From Tubiluchus corallicola (Eukaryota; Animalia; Priapulida), in the NCBI GenBank assembly GCA_030141605.1, contig JAQGDQ010000177.1, forward strand, positions 248,001-312,000: a stretch of 64,000 nucleotides of DNA. The letters are read 5' to 3'. The notes beneath the pieces are model-generated. The model made no database searches, was not told where the DNA came from, and saw only the letters and a list, made by a program, of their open reading frames with translations. The position numbers were made by a program, and so were the translations under genes. This document shows, piece after piece, positions 27,401-41,100 of this stretch (its first letter is position 1; each line of letters opens with the position of its first letter).

Positions 27401-30400
27401 CTGGGCATTTATGACATACAGCAAGAGCAACGATCAGTTCCATTTGCTTGAGTTGACAGGTTTTGTGAAACTCAGACTGCATACATGCATATGCAATGGT
27501 ACTGAGCCGTTCGTTTATACATAAAATAAATTTTTGCAACTACTGACACAGAACAAGCCATTTAAAGCAGTTTTTGCAGTTAACATAGCTTGCAATGAGA
27601 ATAACACTTGGAGAAAACTGATTCAGTCGCGAGAGAACAGAATCGATCTTCAGACAAAATGAACACAAGTCATATTTGCTACAGGAGATGAATTTATGGC
27701 GACACTTTTACATGGCATTAAGGTCTACGCTGTAGTAAGCAGAGTGCGGAAAAGCTGCGCAATTTTGGTTTTTGCACAAAACCTTATGAGGGGGCAAGTT
27801 TTTAAATTTATCGCTGGCAAAAAAAAATTTATGGTGCCACCTAAGCAGCATTTCTAAATGAATTATCGGTGAATAATACACAAGGCAAGCATAGAATGCT
27901 TGGCAGAAAGAAGAGCTTTTTCTAAGGCCAGTTTGAAAAAATTTATTACCCTCGTCAACTCATCATCTGTTGGCTGCAACTGCATACTGTCTGCTTCGCG
28001 TACAATAACCAGTTGTCGATAGTTCCAGGGATGGGAAGGACAAATTGCAAAAAACTCTGAAACAGGCCGGGGGTTTGGGGGCCTTGGAGCCAGCAACAAA
28101 TTGCAATTTTGTGACCATAGAGAGCCTCTAAGTGGACTTAAAAAATCAGTTACCTTGTTTCATGCATAATTTAAAATGGCCGCTCCTATGCAAAAGTATA
28201 TAAAAACTGTCTGCAATTGACTCAAAATAACTCCGCACAATTGATTCTATATTTTTATACATAGAGATATACAAGTGGTTACACTGATGTACGTGATGTA
28301 AACATGATGTATGTGATGTAAGCGATGGCCTGCCAACTAGCGGTCATCTTGTGAAATAATGTACTGGGCCGGTAAAAATTTTCTAAATGGATTTACGCGA
28401 TTTACAAAAATGGCACTGCTGGTCTTCCAAAAACTTGGAATTGCGTGTATCCGCAGAAAATTCTCATCCCTGTAGTTTGATAACACCATTTTTATCCTCT
28501 TGACAGATTTAATAATAAGCTTCTAAGAATAACTATTGTATGTTTAAATAAATTCATTACCTGGGTTTTTTCTCTTGCCCGTGGCAGCACTCAGGTGCAG
28601 CGTCTAAAATTAGAAAAAAAAACACTAACTTTATCACATGCGATCAATCAGAAAAACACTAACTTTATCACATGCGATCAATCAGAAAAACACTAACTTT
28701 ATCACATGCGATCAATCAGAAAAACACTAACTTTATCACATGCGATCAATCAGAAAAACACTAACTTTATCACATGCGATCAATCAGAAAACATCTGCAT
28801 TGAAACACACAGAAATCAACACACATCTATTGTTAATAAATTTTACTAACTTTGATTGCAGTCACCACTATTATAACTATGTTTGCGTATGGTGACACCT
28901 ACAGTGTTGCAAATAGGTTAGTTTTGCCCAGTGCATGTTTAAGTTTGTATCAGTTATCAGTTGCTTCACATCAATTATTTGTCGGTGTGATGTGCTGACT
29001 AGACTACGGCAACACAACTAGTCGTTATATTAGCGTGTGATGTAAACTTTATTGAAATTTGATTTTGCAATTAATTTGCGCAAGTTTTTTACGCGTTAAT
29101 GCTGACTTTTATGAACATTCTATCTTCAAATATTTCAATTGTTTCTCGACTGCAAGATTTTTAATTTTTACAAGAAAACGGCATTTTAGCTAATGCAAAA
29201 CACTCACGTTCAGGAGAGAAGCTTTGACACCTGCCAGTGTTGCCAGCTCTTCTTCGCTCTCCGGAGTTCTACGGCGCACTAGAAAAAACACACAGATCTG
29301 TACAACATAGGCACACAGTATACTTATACATTACAGTGAGAAGGAAAGTAGAGCACATTACAAGAACATAATATTTAAATACCAATGTTGGGAGTCATCA
29401 TCAAATGTCATAACTAAGGGTGTCCCATAAGTGAATATACACTATTGATTTTAATTTTCTTTTTAAATTTTCCTCCAATCTTAGCAAGCATTTACATGAA
29501 TCAAAAGGGGCCTTGGCAACTGTTTTTACCTATTTTTTGACTGGAACCCTGTTGCTACGGCGATGGCACTAAAGTTAGACATGATGCGCTAAATCAGCCT
29601 GGCATGACGTATACGATCACCAACTGAAGTTCAGCAGAAATACAGAGCACCATATGGACAACACTAATCTCTCATTATTTACAAACGTAGTTTTCCAACA
29701 AGGAGCAGCCCTTCATTATAGCTCTTTTCAGATTTTCATCTTATTTGTCTAAAGAACTGCTAAAGGTTTTAGTTCATCTCAACCAATTTTCAAACATTTT
29801 GTTTTGTTTGTAAAAAAATATAGATAACGTAAAGTGCATAGTGACTTCTGGGACACCTTGTATATTTTTTTGAAAAACACTGATAGTAAATCTGACTATA
29901 ACATCTGATGATGACTTCTTTTATGAGTATCAAAATCCTTGAGTACACTACATTTTCTGTCTCATGACAATATACTGCTTCCTAACTTGTTTAAACATGT
30001 CTATTTTTTAATAGTTCGACACTGTGCAAACCAGAATCCAGCACTCACTAGGAGGGCTTATTTAGTGTAGTGGCAGGATTGGAACTTATACGTAGTAAGT
30101 GAAAAAATGGCACCATGTTTAGAAAATTAAACCCAAAGACAATTACTATTGAGAAATGCAAATTATTCAAAGAACTTCCACATTGGTGTATTTCCGCTAC
30201 AGAGATATTTACTCGTGTATAATGACATCTAGGTAAGTCCTTGCTTAATGACTCCCTGTTTAGCGACGTTTTGTTTTAACAAGGTTGAACATGTAGTCTG
30301 TTTTACTACATCTTTGGCTTCTGTGTGAATACATAATTAGTCATTTTCATGTACTCTAGGCTTCACCTATAAAACTGGTTAATGTTTGTATAATTTATCA

Positions 30401-33400
30401 CACTGAGGATGGCTGCTAAACTCTGCAGTCGAAATGATTGATGTTTTAAAGTTTTTAATAAAAGTTATTTCTTTCAATAATATTATATTAATTTCAGATT
30501 TCAAATGACAAAGATCGTGGAAACAATGGAGACATATTGTTTATTATTATCAGAGACAAAGAGGGCAGCAGTAGCATTGACAAAGATTGTGGCAACAATC
30601 GAGGCATATTGTTTCTTATTATCAGAGACAAACAGAGCAGCAGCAGCATTGACAAAGATCGTAGAAACAATCGAAACATATTGTTTCTTACTATCAGAGT
30701 AAAAAGAGGGCAGCAGTAGCAATGACAAAGATCGTGGAAACAATCGAAACATATTGTTTCTTAATATCAGAGTAAAAAGAGAGGGCAGCAGTAGCATTGA
30801 CAAAGATCGTGGAAACAATCGAGACATATTGTTTCTAATTATCAGAGTAAAAAGAGGGCAGCAGTAGCAGCATTGACAAAGATCATGGGAACAATCGAAA
30901 CATAATGTTTCTAATTATCAGAGTAAAAACAGGGCAGCAGTAGCAGCATTGACAAAGATTGTGGGAACAATCGAAACGTATTGTTTCTTATTATCAGAGA
31001 CAAAGAGGGCAGCAGTAGCAGCATTGACAAAGATCATGGGAACAATCGAAACATAATGTTTCTTATTATCAGAGACAAAGAGGGCAGCAGTAGCAGCATT
31101 GACAAAGATTGTGAGAACAATCGAAATGTATTGTTTCTTATTATCAGAGACAGAGGGCAGCAGTAGCATTGACAAAGATCGTGGAAACAATTGAAACATA
31201 TTGTTTCTTATTATCAGAATAAAAAAGGGCAGCAGTAGCACTGACAAAGATCGTGGAAACAATCGAGGCATATTGTTTCTTATCATTAGAGACAAAGAGG
31301 ACAGCAGCAGCATTGACAAAGATCGTGGAAACAATCGAGGCATATTGTTTCCAATTATCAGAGACAAAGAGGGCAGCAGCAGTGTCACATCAGTGTACAT
31401 TTCTTTCCAAGACAAATGTAAATGCTGAACTTAAGCAGAATTTGAAATGTGTTCCAAAGTTCAACAAACTAATAGGATGCAATTTTGCTGCAAATGTCCG
31501 AAAATAGAATTAAGAAATAATTAGTATTAACGTGTGAACACTAATAAGAAAAATGCCGACTCTAAAATTTAATAATGAGAGTTGAATAATGATTGAAATT
31601 GCTGAATTATTTGAGTAACATTTCCATAAACTTGAGAAAATTTGAATACTTGAGTACTTGAGTAAGCTTGAATAAAATGAGCTTACACAAAATTTGAGAT
31701 GACGAAGGATATAACAGGCTTTTAATAAGTAAAATCTGAAGGTTTTCTAACAAACATTGGAGATGTTTTGCCTCACTTATTATCAACGAGGAAAATGATA
31801 CATTAGTTTAAAAAGTGTCCATCAGGGGCACCCCAATTCTTACATACTTGCCGATCTGCTACTGAGTAGTTCCCGCTGCAGAGTTCTACACAAAATTTGA
31901 TCCAGAAGCGACACACTCACGCCCATAGACCTGTAAGTATAAAGAAGAAAGTGCATTAACTTACTTAAATTTTTAAACTACACACAGTCAACCACTCATC
32001 ACATAAATGACACAACACATCTGACTGTTTTAGTATTGTTCTTTAGCATTAAAGGAAAACCGGACAATTGTGCTGACATTAGCTGAAAATAAATCACGCT
32101 GTAAAATACTGCAAACTATAATAGCTTTTTTTAAATCAAAGCTTAGATTAAATTATAATTACCTTGGATAGTTAAATTTTGTTAAACTTTCAAGCCTACG
32201 CGCGGCTCAGCGAATCCACTGAGACTGGCAATGGCGCCTTTTTGTCACATGCGCGTCGCCGACTAATAGGCACGGTACCGTGATAACCATGATCATGAAC
32301 TAGTGTTTGTCTGTGATGTCAGGGTCATAAAGCCCATTTTCATTACATCACATCAACATTTTATAGCGATGTTCACTTACTCATACATACTTACGCGCAG
32401 TGAACATGCCTACCATTGCACAAACTGTAGTTAGTTTATGACGGAAGCGATAGCTGTGTATTTATTAAAATGTAAGAAACAACTGCTAACTTTTATAGGC
32501 AAGAAAATGTATATTTTGGACAGTAAATTAAGATGAAATTGAGTCTAATCAATTGTTCGGTTTTCCTTTAACTACACATACATACATTTATTACATTCGC
32601 TCATGCCTGCCGCAGACTGTCAAGTATGCCTGTAATTGTGTCAATGCTCTCAATAATAACACGAATACTACAAAAAGAATATTCAATCACAGTTTAAGTT
32701 GCCGTCTTCATCTCATGTAATCCAACTGGTTAACCAATGCAAATGACATTTCGAGAGGTGATATACATTGATTGTTTCCGATATCGTATCTGTTCTATGG
32801 GCTTTATATATTTTAGTTAAGTATTAACTAATAAACTACTTGTATTTCTAAATTAACTATTTGTATAATTATATTCTCGAACTAACTAATTATACACATC
32901 TGCCCTTAAAATGTACTACATTTTTCCGCACTGTTTATAGTAGAAATACTGTGATCAATAATAATGTGTTGTAAAACTTAAGTAAACCTACTGTGTTGTA
33001 AATGCACTTCAAATAAATAAAGTTTTTTATTAAAATCGTTCCCACAGATATGCTATGAACACATCACAGTATACAATAGAGAAAATTGTCTCTGGACTGT
33101 TGCACGAGACCCGTACTTTAAGATTTGATTTCTGCGCTGCTGTTTCGTTGGTTTGTGCCTCACGGGCGGAGCAGGAACCGGAGGACGTCTGTCTTCCTCT
33201 TCCCGAATTTTCCGTATTAAGCGCTCTACAGATTTATCCGCAGGAACACTCTGCATCTATAAAGAAAAACAGGAAAACTGCAGGAAAGAACTTCTGAAAC
33301 TCTTCAAAGCAATAGTCTTTAAGCAAGGCTTCCAACCGAAATAAGTAAATTTTTCTTAACCATTCTTATCCAGAATTTTAGTAAAACTAGACCAAACTTT

Positions 33401-35079
33401 GGAAAATTATAAAAAAATACAAATGGATCCCATTTAAAATAGGTACATGCGAGATCTGTGCTAGTCAAAAATGCAATTCAAAGGTATGTACATTAGTAAA
33501 ACCATCTTATTAACTTATTTTATTATTTATTAACTTATTTATTATTTATTAGGCACAAATATATACATTTTATACACGAGTAAAAGTAAACAGTAAAATT
33601 ATATGGTCGTGGTCAATACGAAGGTTGTGCCTACCATTGTGTGCCATGGATGACAGCAAGCAACTAAATTCTCAAACAGGTCATTTTAGCTAAAAGAACA
33701 CACAATCTCATAGCACGTCTCAGACCAGACATAAGGTCAATTCAGCAGTACTGGCCAAGCAAGGTCATTGGCATTATTCTATTTGACCGGCCTGGTTCAC
33801 AGTGGCTTAAGCACTGTATGCAATATTCATATAAAAAAAACAAATTTTACTCAAAAAACATCCTTTTTGACCCTTAAAGTCTGGATCCTTAAAGGAAAAG
33901 GCCAAGCCTTTTGGACAGTTAGGCTCATCTCAACAAATTAAACCATGTTCACAAATAACATTAGAAGGATTTAGTAATACAAGTGTGACAAGGGCTTCGC
34001 GTGATAACTAAAATTACTTTGAAGTTGCGATCATTTCACACTTTTTGAACACCAATTCCTTTACTAACAATGTTGTCTGTCAACTGAAGAACAGCAGTAT
34101 ACTGCCAATTCCAGTCAAAAGTATAATGAATTTTACAAAAAATAATATATGTCTAACTAACCATGTGAGATTTTTGCATGAATATAGTAAACTGCAGAAA
34201 TTTCAATTAGTTTGAGCAATGCACTCCTATGGAAAGCCATGGTGCGCATACGAAAAGTCACGAAATCCACCGGTCATGTCGTTATTTTTAAGTAAATGGC
34301 AGCTACAATTGCACTTGAAAATTTCTATGCAGCAATAGTATAAATTAATTTTTTATACATATTTTTTGCTAATTTCTTGATACATATTTTTTAAGCTTAA
34401 GCAATAGCAGTAAAATAAATACGCCCTGCTAAGAGGCTTGTCCATTCCTTTGATGTTTTATTGCCTGCACACAGATTAAATTGCCAAACTTGCCACCAGG
34501 GCCCTTCATTGCCTGATCCTATAGTAACCTTTCATTAGAATATCTGTCATGAACTCTTAGTAGTGAAATGGACGAACTAAAGTTTTAATTCAAATTGCTT
34601 TTTTTTTACAATATTCAACAAAAATGGTTTCTTTCTCTCTCTTATGAATGATCAAACGTTTTTACAAGTTCTAGAGCAAAAGCAATACACGTTTGATACA
34701 AAAACGAGTCAAGCCGAAATGCAAACTATGCTATTCTATCATAAACCATTTAACTGCAGTAAGCCAGTTTCGTACCCTTCCATTTTCAGCTGTTTCGCTC
34801 TCCTTTTCCCGCTCCTTCGCTCGTCGCAAGATCTCGTTGAACTTCTCCTTCACACTTTCTCTCCGGAACTGCGTATTCAACGCCGTGCGGGACTTGACGT
34901 TTTCCGACATGGCCGGTATTTTCTTTTCCAGCACCTCTGCCGCACGCTGTTCCTTTACCTTTTCTACCTGAGCGTCGATGTCGTCGAGTGGATACATCTG
35001 AGTAAACAAATGTACTGCAAATATTAAAACTCTGCACAAGTTATAATATATATAAATAAGATATATATATAAAGATATA

Positions 35080-35116
<37 letters not shown>

Positions 35117-38100
35117 AGACACAAGATATATATATAAATCATTTATTTCGCGAATTAATACAAAACACAATACAGAGGTAAGTGGATATAGATAATTAGT
35201 AATGATAGAAATATATACAAAAAATAAAACCATATATACAATTTTGAATTAGTTAGTTAGTAAATATAAAAGCATCTCATTCAGTTCATTTATTGTGAAG
35301 CGTTCAATAATTAATTCATGTTGACAAGATCAATAGATTTCATAAATTAGTCTTTCTCCTACAGTATAATCAAAGCTATTTGTTTACTTTTTCTCCTAGT
35401 GCTGTTATACTTAAATGATCACTCAGAATGTTCAGTAACAAGAGAATTTTGCTATTTGTTTGACTGATACGTTTGTACATCTTTAATGATCTTTTACAGA
35501 AAATGTTAAATGAGAATAATTTTGGCTATACAACGTGTCACATTTGAATGGGAGTTGTATGGAATAGCTAGAATTCGTCGCAAAGATTTTCTAAATTCCA
35601 CCGCCATTAACGAAATGTTACTATAATGTTATTATGTTGAACACGAAAATTACAACACGTTTCCATTATTGGCAAACCTGAGTTTCTTAGTCAACTACTT
35701 AAAAATCAAATATTCCATCTTTACAATATAGATGCCAACGAAGCGACATGATTCAGATTTTTTTAATAATTGCCGTTTTGGACGAGTCATAATTATATGG
35801 ATAATTATCTGGATATGTATGTACATTGTATGTTTTCAGCCATGAACACTTAGATGGACAACTGCATCGCTTCTTAAAAATACGTTATACAAAAAATCGA
35901 CTCGGCAGCAGACCAGCAGATTACAAGTAGTTATTTGTGATCAATTTCATAAAATCTGCTGTTACCCCAAAAAGAAATTTGAAAATCTAAATTGCATAGT
36001 TTAAATTTCTTTGCCATGTGACTTTTAATGATTTAAGACACATTGAACATAATAGACCATGTTGTGTTTCTAGGTACAGTGGTCAGTTTCTAAACCTGCA
36101 GGGCTGATGGCACTCATAGCTAAAAATCCAACTGCTAATCTACAAATACAAATATATATTTGATTGTCAAGTTGGTTACATGATACAACTAAACACCAAG
36201 GAATCTATAGTTACCGTAAATAACTCTAGAGGTCGCTTGTTTGTAATCAGCGTCTTCCATCGCTGCATTATTGCACCTGTGGTGCGGTAACCGAACACTG
36301 TTGCGAGTTTAGACCAGTTGCCTAGAAGGTAAGAATAGTTTTTTGAGTTGCACAATAACGAAATGGAGGTTTTGCAAGCTTAAAATTGGTGAACACATCC
36401 AGGCAAAACAAGCCAAGTTTAGCAAAAGACCAGTTTCATTTCCTCATTCTTCAAAAATTATTAATTACGTTCAATTCGCTTGTTTGCTTGGCTTTAAAAT
36501 AATTGAAAAATCTACTCAGATTAAACCTATAAAAGCATTTTAAGAGGCTCTGAAACTGTTTGATGACTTTGAGGCAATTTTGCAATAAGTAAATTGTTAT
36601 TGTTATTGTGTGTTAACATTCTTAATCGACACTATTGGGTGATACAATTGGTATTTAGCAATACGATACTTTTTCACATACTAGAAAGCGTTTGTGACAC
36701 AATAAGATACATTTTATAATTAGATATAAATCAATATATTTGTCTACAAAATTGACTTGATATGAGACATAAAAACACATTAAACTAAAGACAAACTTTA
36801 ATGAGTAATTAACGTCTGTCTGAGCTGTAGGAATTTAGCAATTTCCTTTTGGTGAAAGTAGAATTAGTTAGAAGAAGTATAGATTTAAACTCAAATGTAA
36901 GTAGGTGTAGCACAGATTTGTGTGGAACTGTGATTTTGGTGCAATACTGCTTGGTATCAATAAAAAAATGTTGCAAGTGCATAATTGCACTATTTGCAGT
37001 CCTATGAAACTTCTATAATTCCTATAATTGTGTACTTCAAGTATCTTTTAAATGTAGAATGTGTTATTTCACGTAGATCTGTATTAGTGATGTTAAATGG
37101 TACAGCATCGAATCGATAATTATCGACACAATTTCGTATCGAAAATTTTCCCACCATCGTTACCGTACCGATAAAATTCGTAGCGTCGTATTCGACAATT
37201 CGCAAGAAATCTTCGCCAACATGTTTGAAAAACAAAAGTTCACCCAAAGTTTCGAACGTTGCATATGATAGCATCTAAACAAAAGCGAACTTGTTGCATG
37301 TGTTTTTACGAAATTAATATTATGGTGAAATTTTTCGGATTTTTTTATTCAGATTCTGATTCTAATAAGATTAGTTTTTTAATTTTTGCGAAACTAAAAT
37401 AAACAAATTTTTTCCAAAACGTTTTCTATAGTTGAATAAATATTATTTCAGTACTACTCATGTTGTTATTAGTGTTCTGTCAATTATTACTGACATACTT
37501 AGTTTATTGGTAATAGTAATTATAATGGCATAATAGTATATAAACAAACATAGTTAAAAAAGTCGTTTTGTATCGTTCTAACGTGTATCGAATCGTATCG
37601 TATCGAATTGAAATCATATCGATCAAATTGTTTCTACAGTAGGTGCTACTTAATAGACTCACTTTGGGACTATTGTGTTTTGACCCAATTAACCGACTGA
37701 ACTTATTAACTAATGGGTGTAGTATTACAGCTAAAGAAGTATGAGTCATAAGCTTACTATGCACTGCAAAGGTTTTTAATGAATTGTAGAAACAAAGTAA
37801 TGCCTTTATTTCTTTGTGTAGTTTTTTAAAATAGTAATGTACATAAGTGAATTAGCAATAAATTAAAAAGTATACTTTTCTAAATCACAGACTTTTCTAA
37901 ATCTGTTATCTGTTTTTTGCAAAAATTACAAAAATTCCTTCAAAGTCAGCTGCTTCATTTTCTCGCCAAGAAGTTGGCCCACAAAAGTTCTCGTAATTAT
38001 AAAAACGTTGAAAATCTGTTGTTAACATGATTGTTTCTGCATACATAGTGCACAAAAGGGATGTAAAAATGACATAAAAGTAGGAAAGACTCTTTGGGCA

Positions 38101-41100
38101 CATACAAACATCCTATTTTAAGTAAGTGAAAGAAAAATACTGAGTCAATTATGTGGATTTATTTTAATCAATTACTGATAGTTTTTATGTATATTTGAAT
38201 AGAAGCGGCCAGTTCCGGGCATTTTTGAGTCTATTAAACGGCACCTACTGTATTTACATCACTTATCTGTATACAAGATAGATTCATTAATTGATTGGCT
38301 GATAGAAGACTGTAAGAAGTTGAAGCACGAAGAATGGGATGTAATTAGAAATGTTGAGGCAGGTGCTTCAAGATGGCTTAGTTTCTGCAAAACTCTAAGG
38401 ATTAGTCATCTGAGTTCATCAGTACAACAGCGACTACTGCAGACTAACATAACAACATTAACTGTTAATCAAAGGTGTTCTAACTGCGGCTAGAGGAGCG
38501 TAAATCGTCACAGTGAATTTGTGGTCATGTTTGCCAGCTTAGTAAGAGGCCTAATGTACTCAGCATTAACTGTGTTGTCTTTGAGTGGAAAACCAAGTGT
38601 AACATATATAATTACGGATATAATTATTTTCATGTTTAGAAATGATAGTTATGAATAGTTGGGTCGCTTTTGAATCATAGTGATGTGACGCATCTTTATC
38701 ACAAACAGGCAAGTTATGTTTAAATTAAACAAAGTGATTTGTTTAAGTAAACACAAGTTTCCATTTTATCACTTTTAAGGTGTCAAATGTTTTTTATTGT
38801 TCTTCAGTCTACAAAATTATTCATAAAAAAAGTTAGCAACTAAGCGCTTCCAACCATTGTATTAGTTTACACTGTGTATATAGTAATATTAATGTCATCT
38901 GAACATTATGCTATGTATATATCTCCACTGCTAGTAGCCATGCTGTAATGCTTCTACTGCTCGTAGTTTATTGTCCACTCTTCTAAGCATTACTTTCCAT
39001 TGGCAAGAACATGTATCTATTGTAAAACTGTCTTGTTCAAGCCATATTGTAATCTCTGTCATATTGCAATGAAACTACATTTTAACTAATTAAGTTTAAT
39101 GATTTATACAGATTTATTTATTCATCCATTTAGCACACACAAAAATAAAAGTTATAAAATTACTAATTAACAGTGCATTACAGTGCTATGAGCGCAGCAG
39201 AAGAAATTGACTTATGAGCTAAGCTAAGTTAAGATAGCTTAGATAAGCTAAGATAAGATAAATTTATGATATAAACAACAACTAAAAAATACGTTAAATG
39301 GAGCGAAGCAAACAGATGCGAGAAAATGATGACGACGTTGATGATGTTGATGATAATGATGACCACGATGGTGATATTAATGCTGATGACAATGGTGATG
39401 GTGATGACAATGACAATAAATTGATGCTAATGGTGATAATGCATCAAGAAAGTAGAGAAATTATTATATAACTGCATTTCTTTCAGTCTCCGGTTTGCAG
39501 GATTTGCCGAAGCAGAATCTTTTGCACAAAAACTTCCGCAACCTTAGACAAATAACCTTTACTTCACTAACTTCATTAGTTTACATCTTAGTAACCAAGC
39601 CTAGTAATAAGTGAACACTCACCTTTTCCGTGACGCTGTATCAGTTGACATATCAGTTTATCTTCATCGGTGGACCAATTCCCAACTTTAATGTTTTCAT
39701 CCAACGTGTTTACATACCTGAGCAGATTTAAAGTCAAACTAAACCTTCTCCATAATATAAGTTTTTACATATTAAAATCCTGCTATCATATCATATCAAG
39801 TTTCCGTTTTATCACTTTTAAGGTGTCAAATGTTTTTATTGTTCTTCAGTGTACAAAATTAACTTACTGCAAAACATGTCTTTTTTATTTATTTTTATTA
39901 CTTCGTTGTTAGCAGTATTAATTTTGAAGAACCGCCATTTTTCACTGAGCGAAACGAATGACATTATGAGTACAATCACGAGGACACCAAAGATTGGTAA
40001 ACAAACATTGGTAACCAAAGACGCTTTCTGTACTATGTACATCATTCTTGCTCACTCGTGCCAAAGACGCGAAACATGGCGATGGTAATGCACTGGTTCA
40101 AAATTCCCCAGAAAAAAGGAAAGTTATTTAATTTGTAAATCTATTTTGTTTAATAATAATTTTTAATTCTTTGTGCATTCATAATAATGTTAAAAAACTT
40201 CAAAGTCTGTTGTGGTTATATAAAACCTTTAATGAAAAAAGCAAATGTCATATGAGATGAGAAATATGGTGCAAAAGCTTATTGATTTTTGTAGTTTGCG
40301 ACTTTGAAGCAAAGCATTCCAAGAAAGTAAACATAAGTTTCTTATAATTTTTCACTCAACAAAGCAAAAATCAATGTTTATTAAAGCTTATCGATTATTT
40401 TTTCGGTGGGATAACAGTCTATGATAAAGTCAAGGTTGCGAAAGCAAAAACTGAAGTACAGTGCTGTTGTACATGATTCAGTGTAACATACAAAAATTCG
40501 CCATATTTTTAGTTTAAAATTCACATTTAATTCACGTTTACCGCTGTGCTCACACATGAGCTCTCGAACATGTGCAAACCTCTGAACTGAGAGGTACTGC
40601 ACCTGTTTTTCTGTAAAACGTGTTTCCGAGACACAGGCGCAAATGCCTGTCTAACTAACAAATGGCAAAATACATGTAATGGTAAAAAAGTAGCTGCCGA
40701 GCGCGAAATTACCATTCTGTGGTAATAATTCTTTCCCCTGAAGTCGTTCTTGAAAAAACAGTATGTTCTCTTTCATAGAGTAGATTGTTTTGAACCAAAG
40801 CTTAAAATGGGAACCGGTTTTCCTTAAGTAAGAAAATGAAGTACCCATGTATAAGAGACCCTTGTGTATAAGAGACCCCTTCAATTTTTAGGCAAAAATT
40901 CTGGAAAAAAGTTTTTTGGTAAGGAATAACTTTATTCATCATAGAAATCATTAAATTCCTCATCACTCTCATCAAAAATATCAACTGGAGTCAGACCTTC
41001 AGCAATTCCAGCCAGTTCATCATCAGAGGAGTCACTCTGCTCAAAAATGGTATTGTCCTCTTTTGACATTTAAAAAAATAATAACTTACCAGGTACATTA

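Noticed and set aside
27863-28099. Possible extra SNAPC4 exon (..MQLQPTDDELTR)
   Set aside because: Weak acceptor, would break phase between exons 21 and 22, and overlaps a MITE end.
28618-28787. 34-bp repeat of CRISPR-repeat size
   Set aside because: Units are contiguous with no spacers.
30494-31507. Repetitive ORFs; CRISPR-like look of the 72-bp array
   Set aside because: Whole units are similar with no unique spacers; eukaryotic context and no cas genes.
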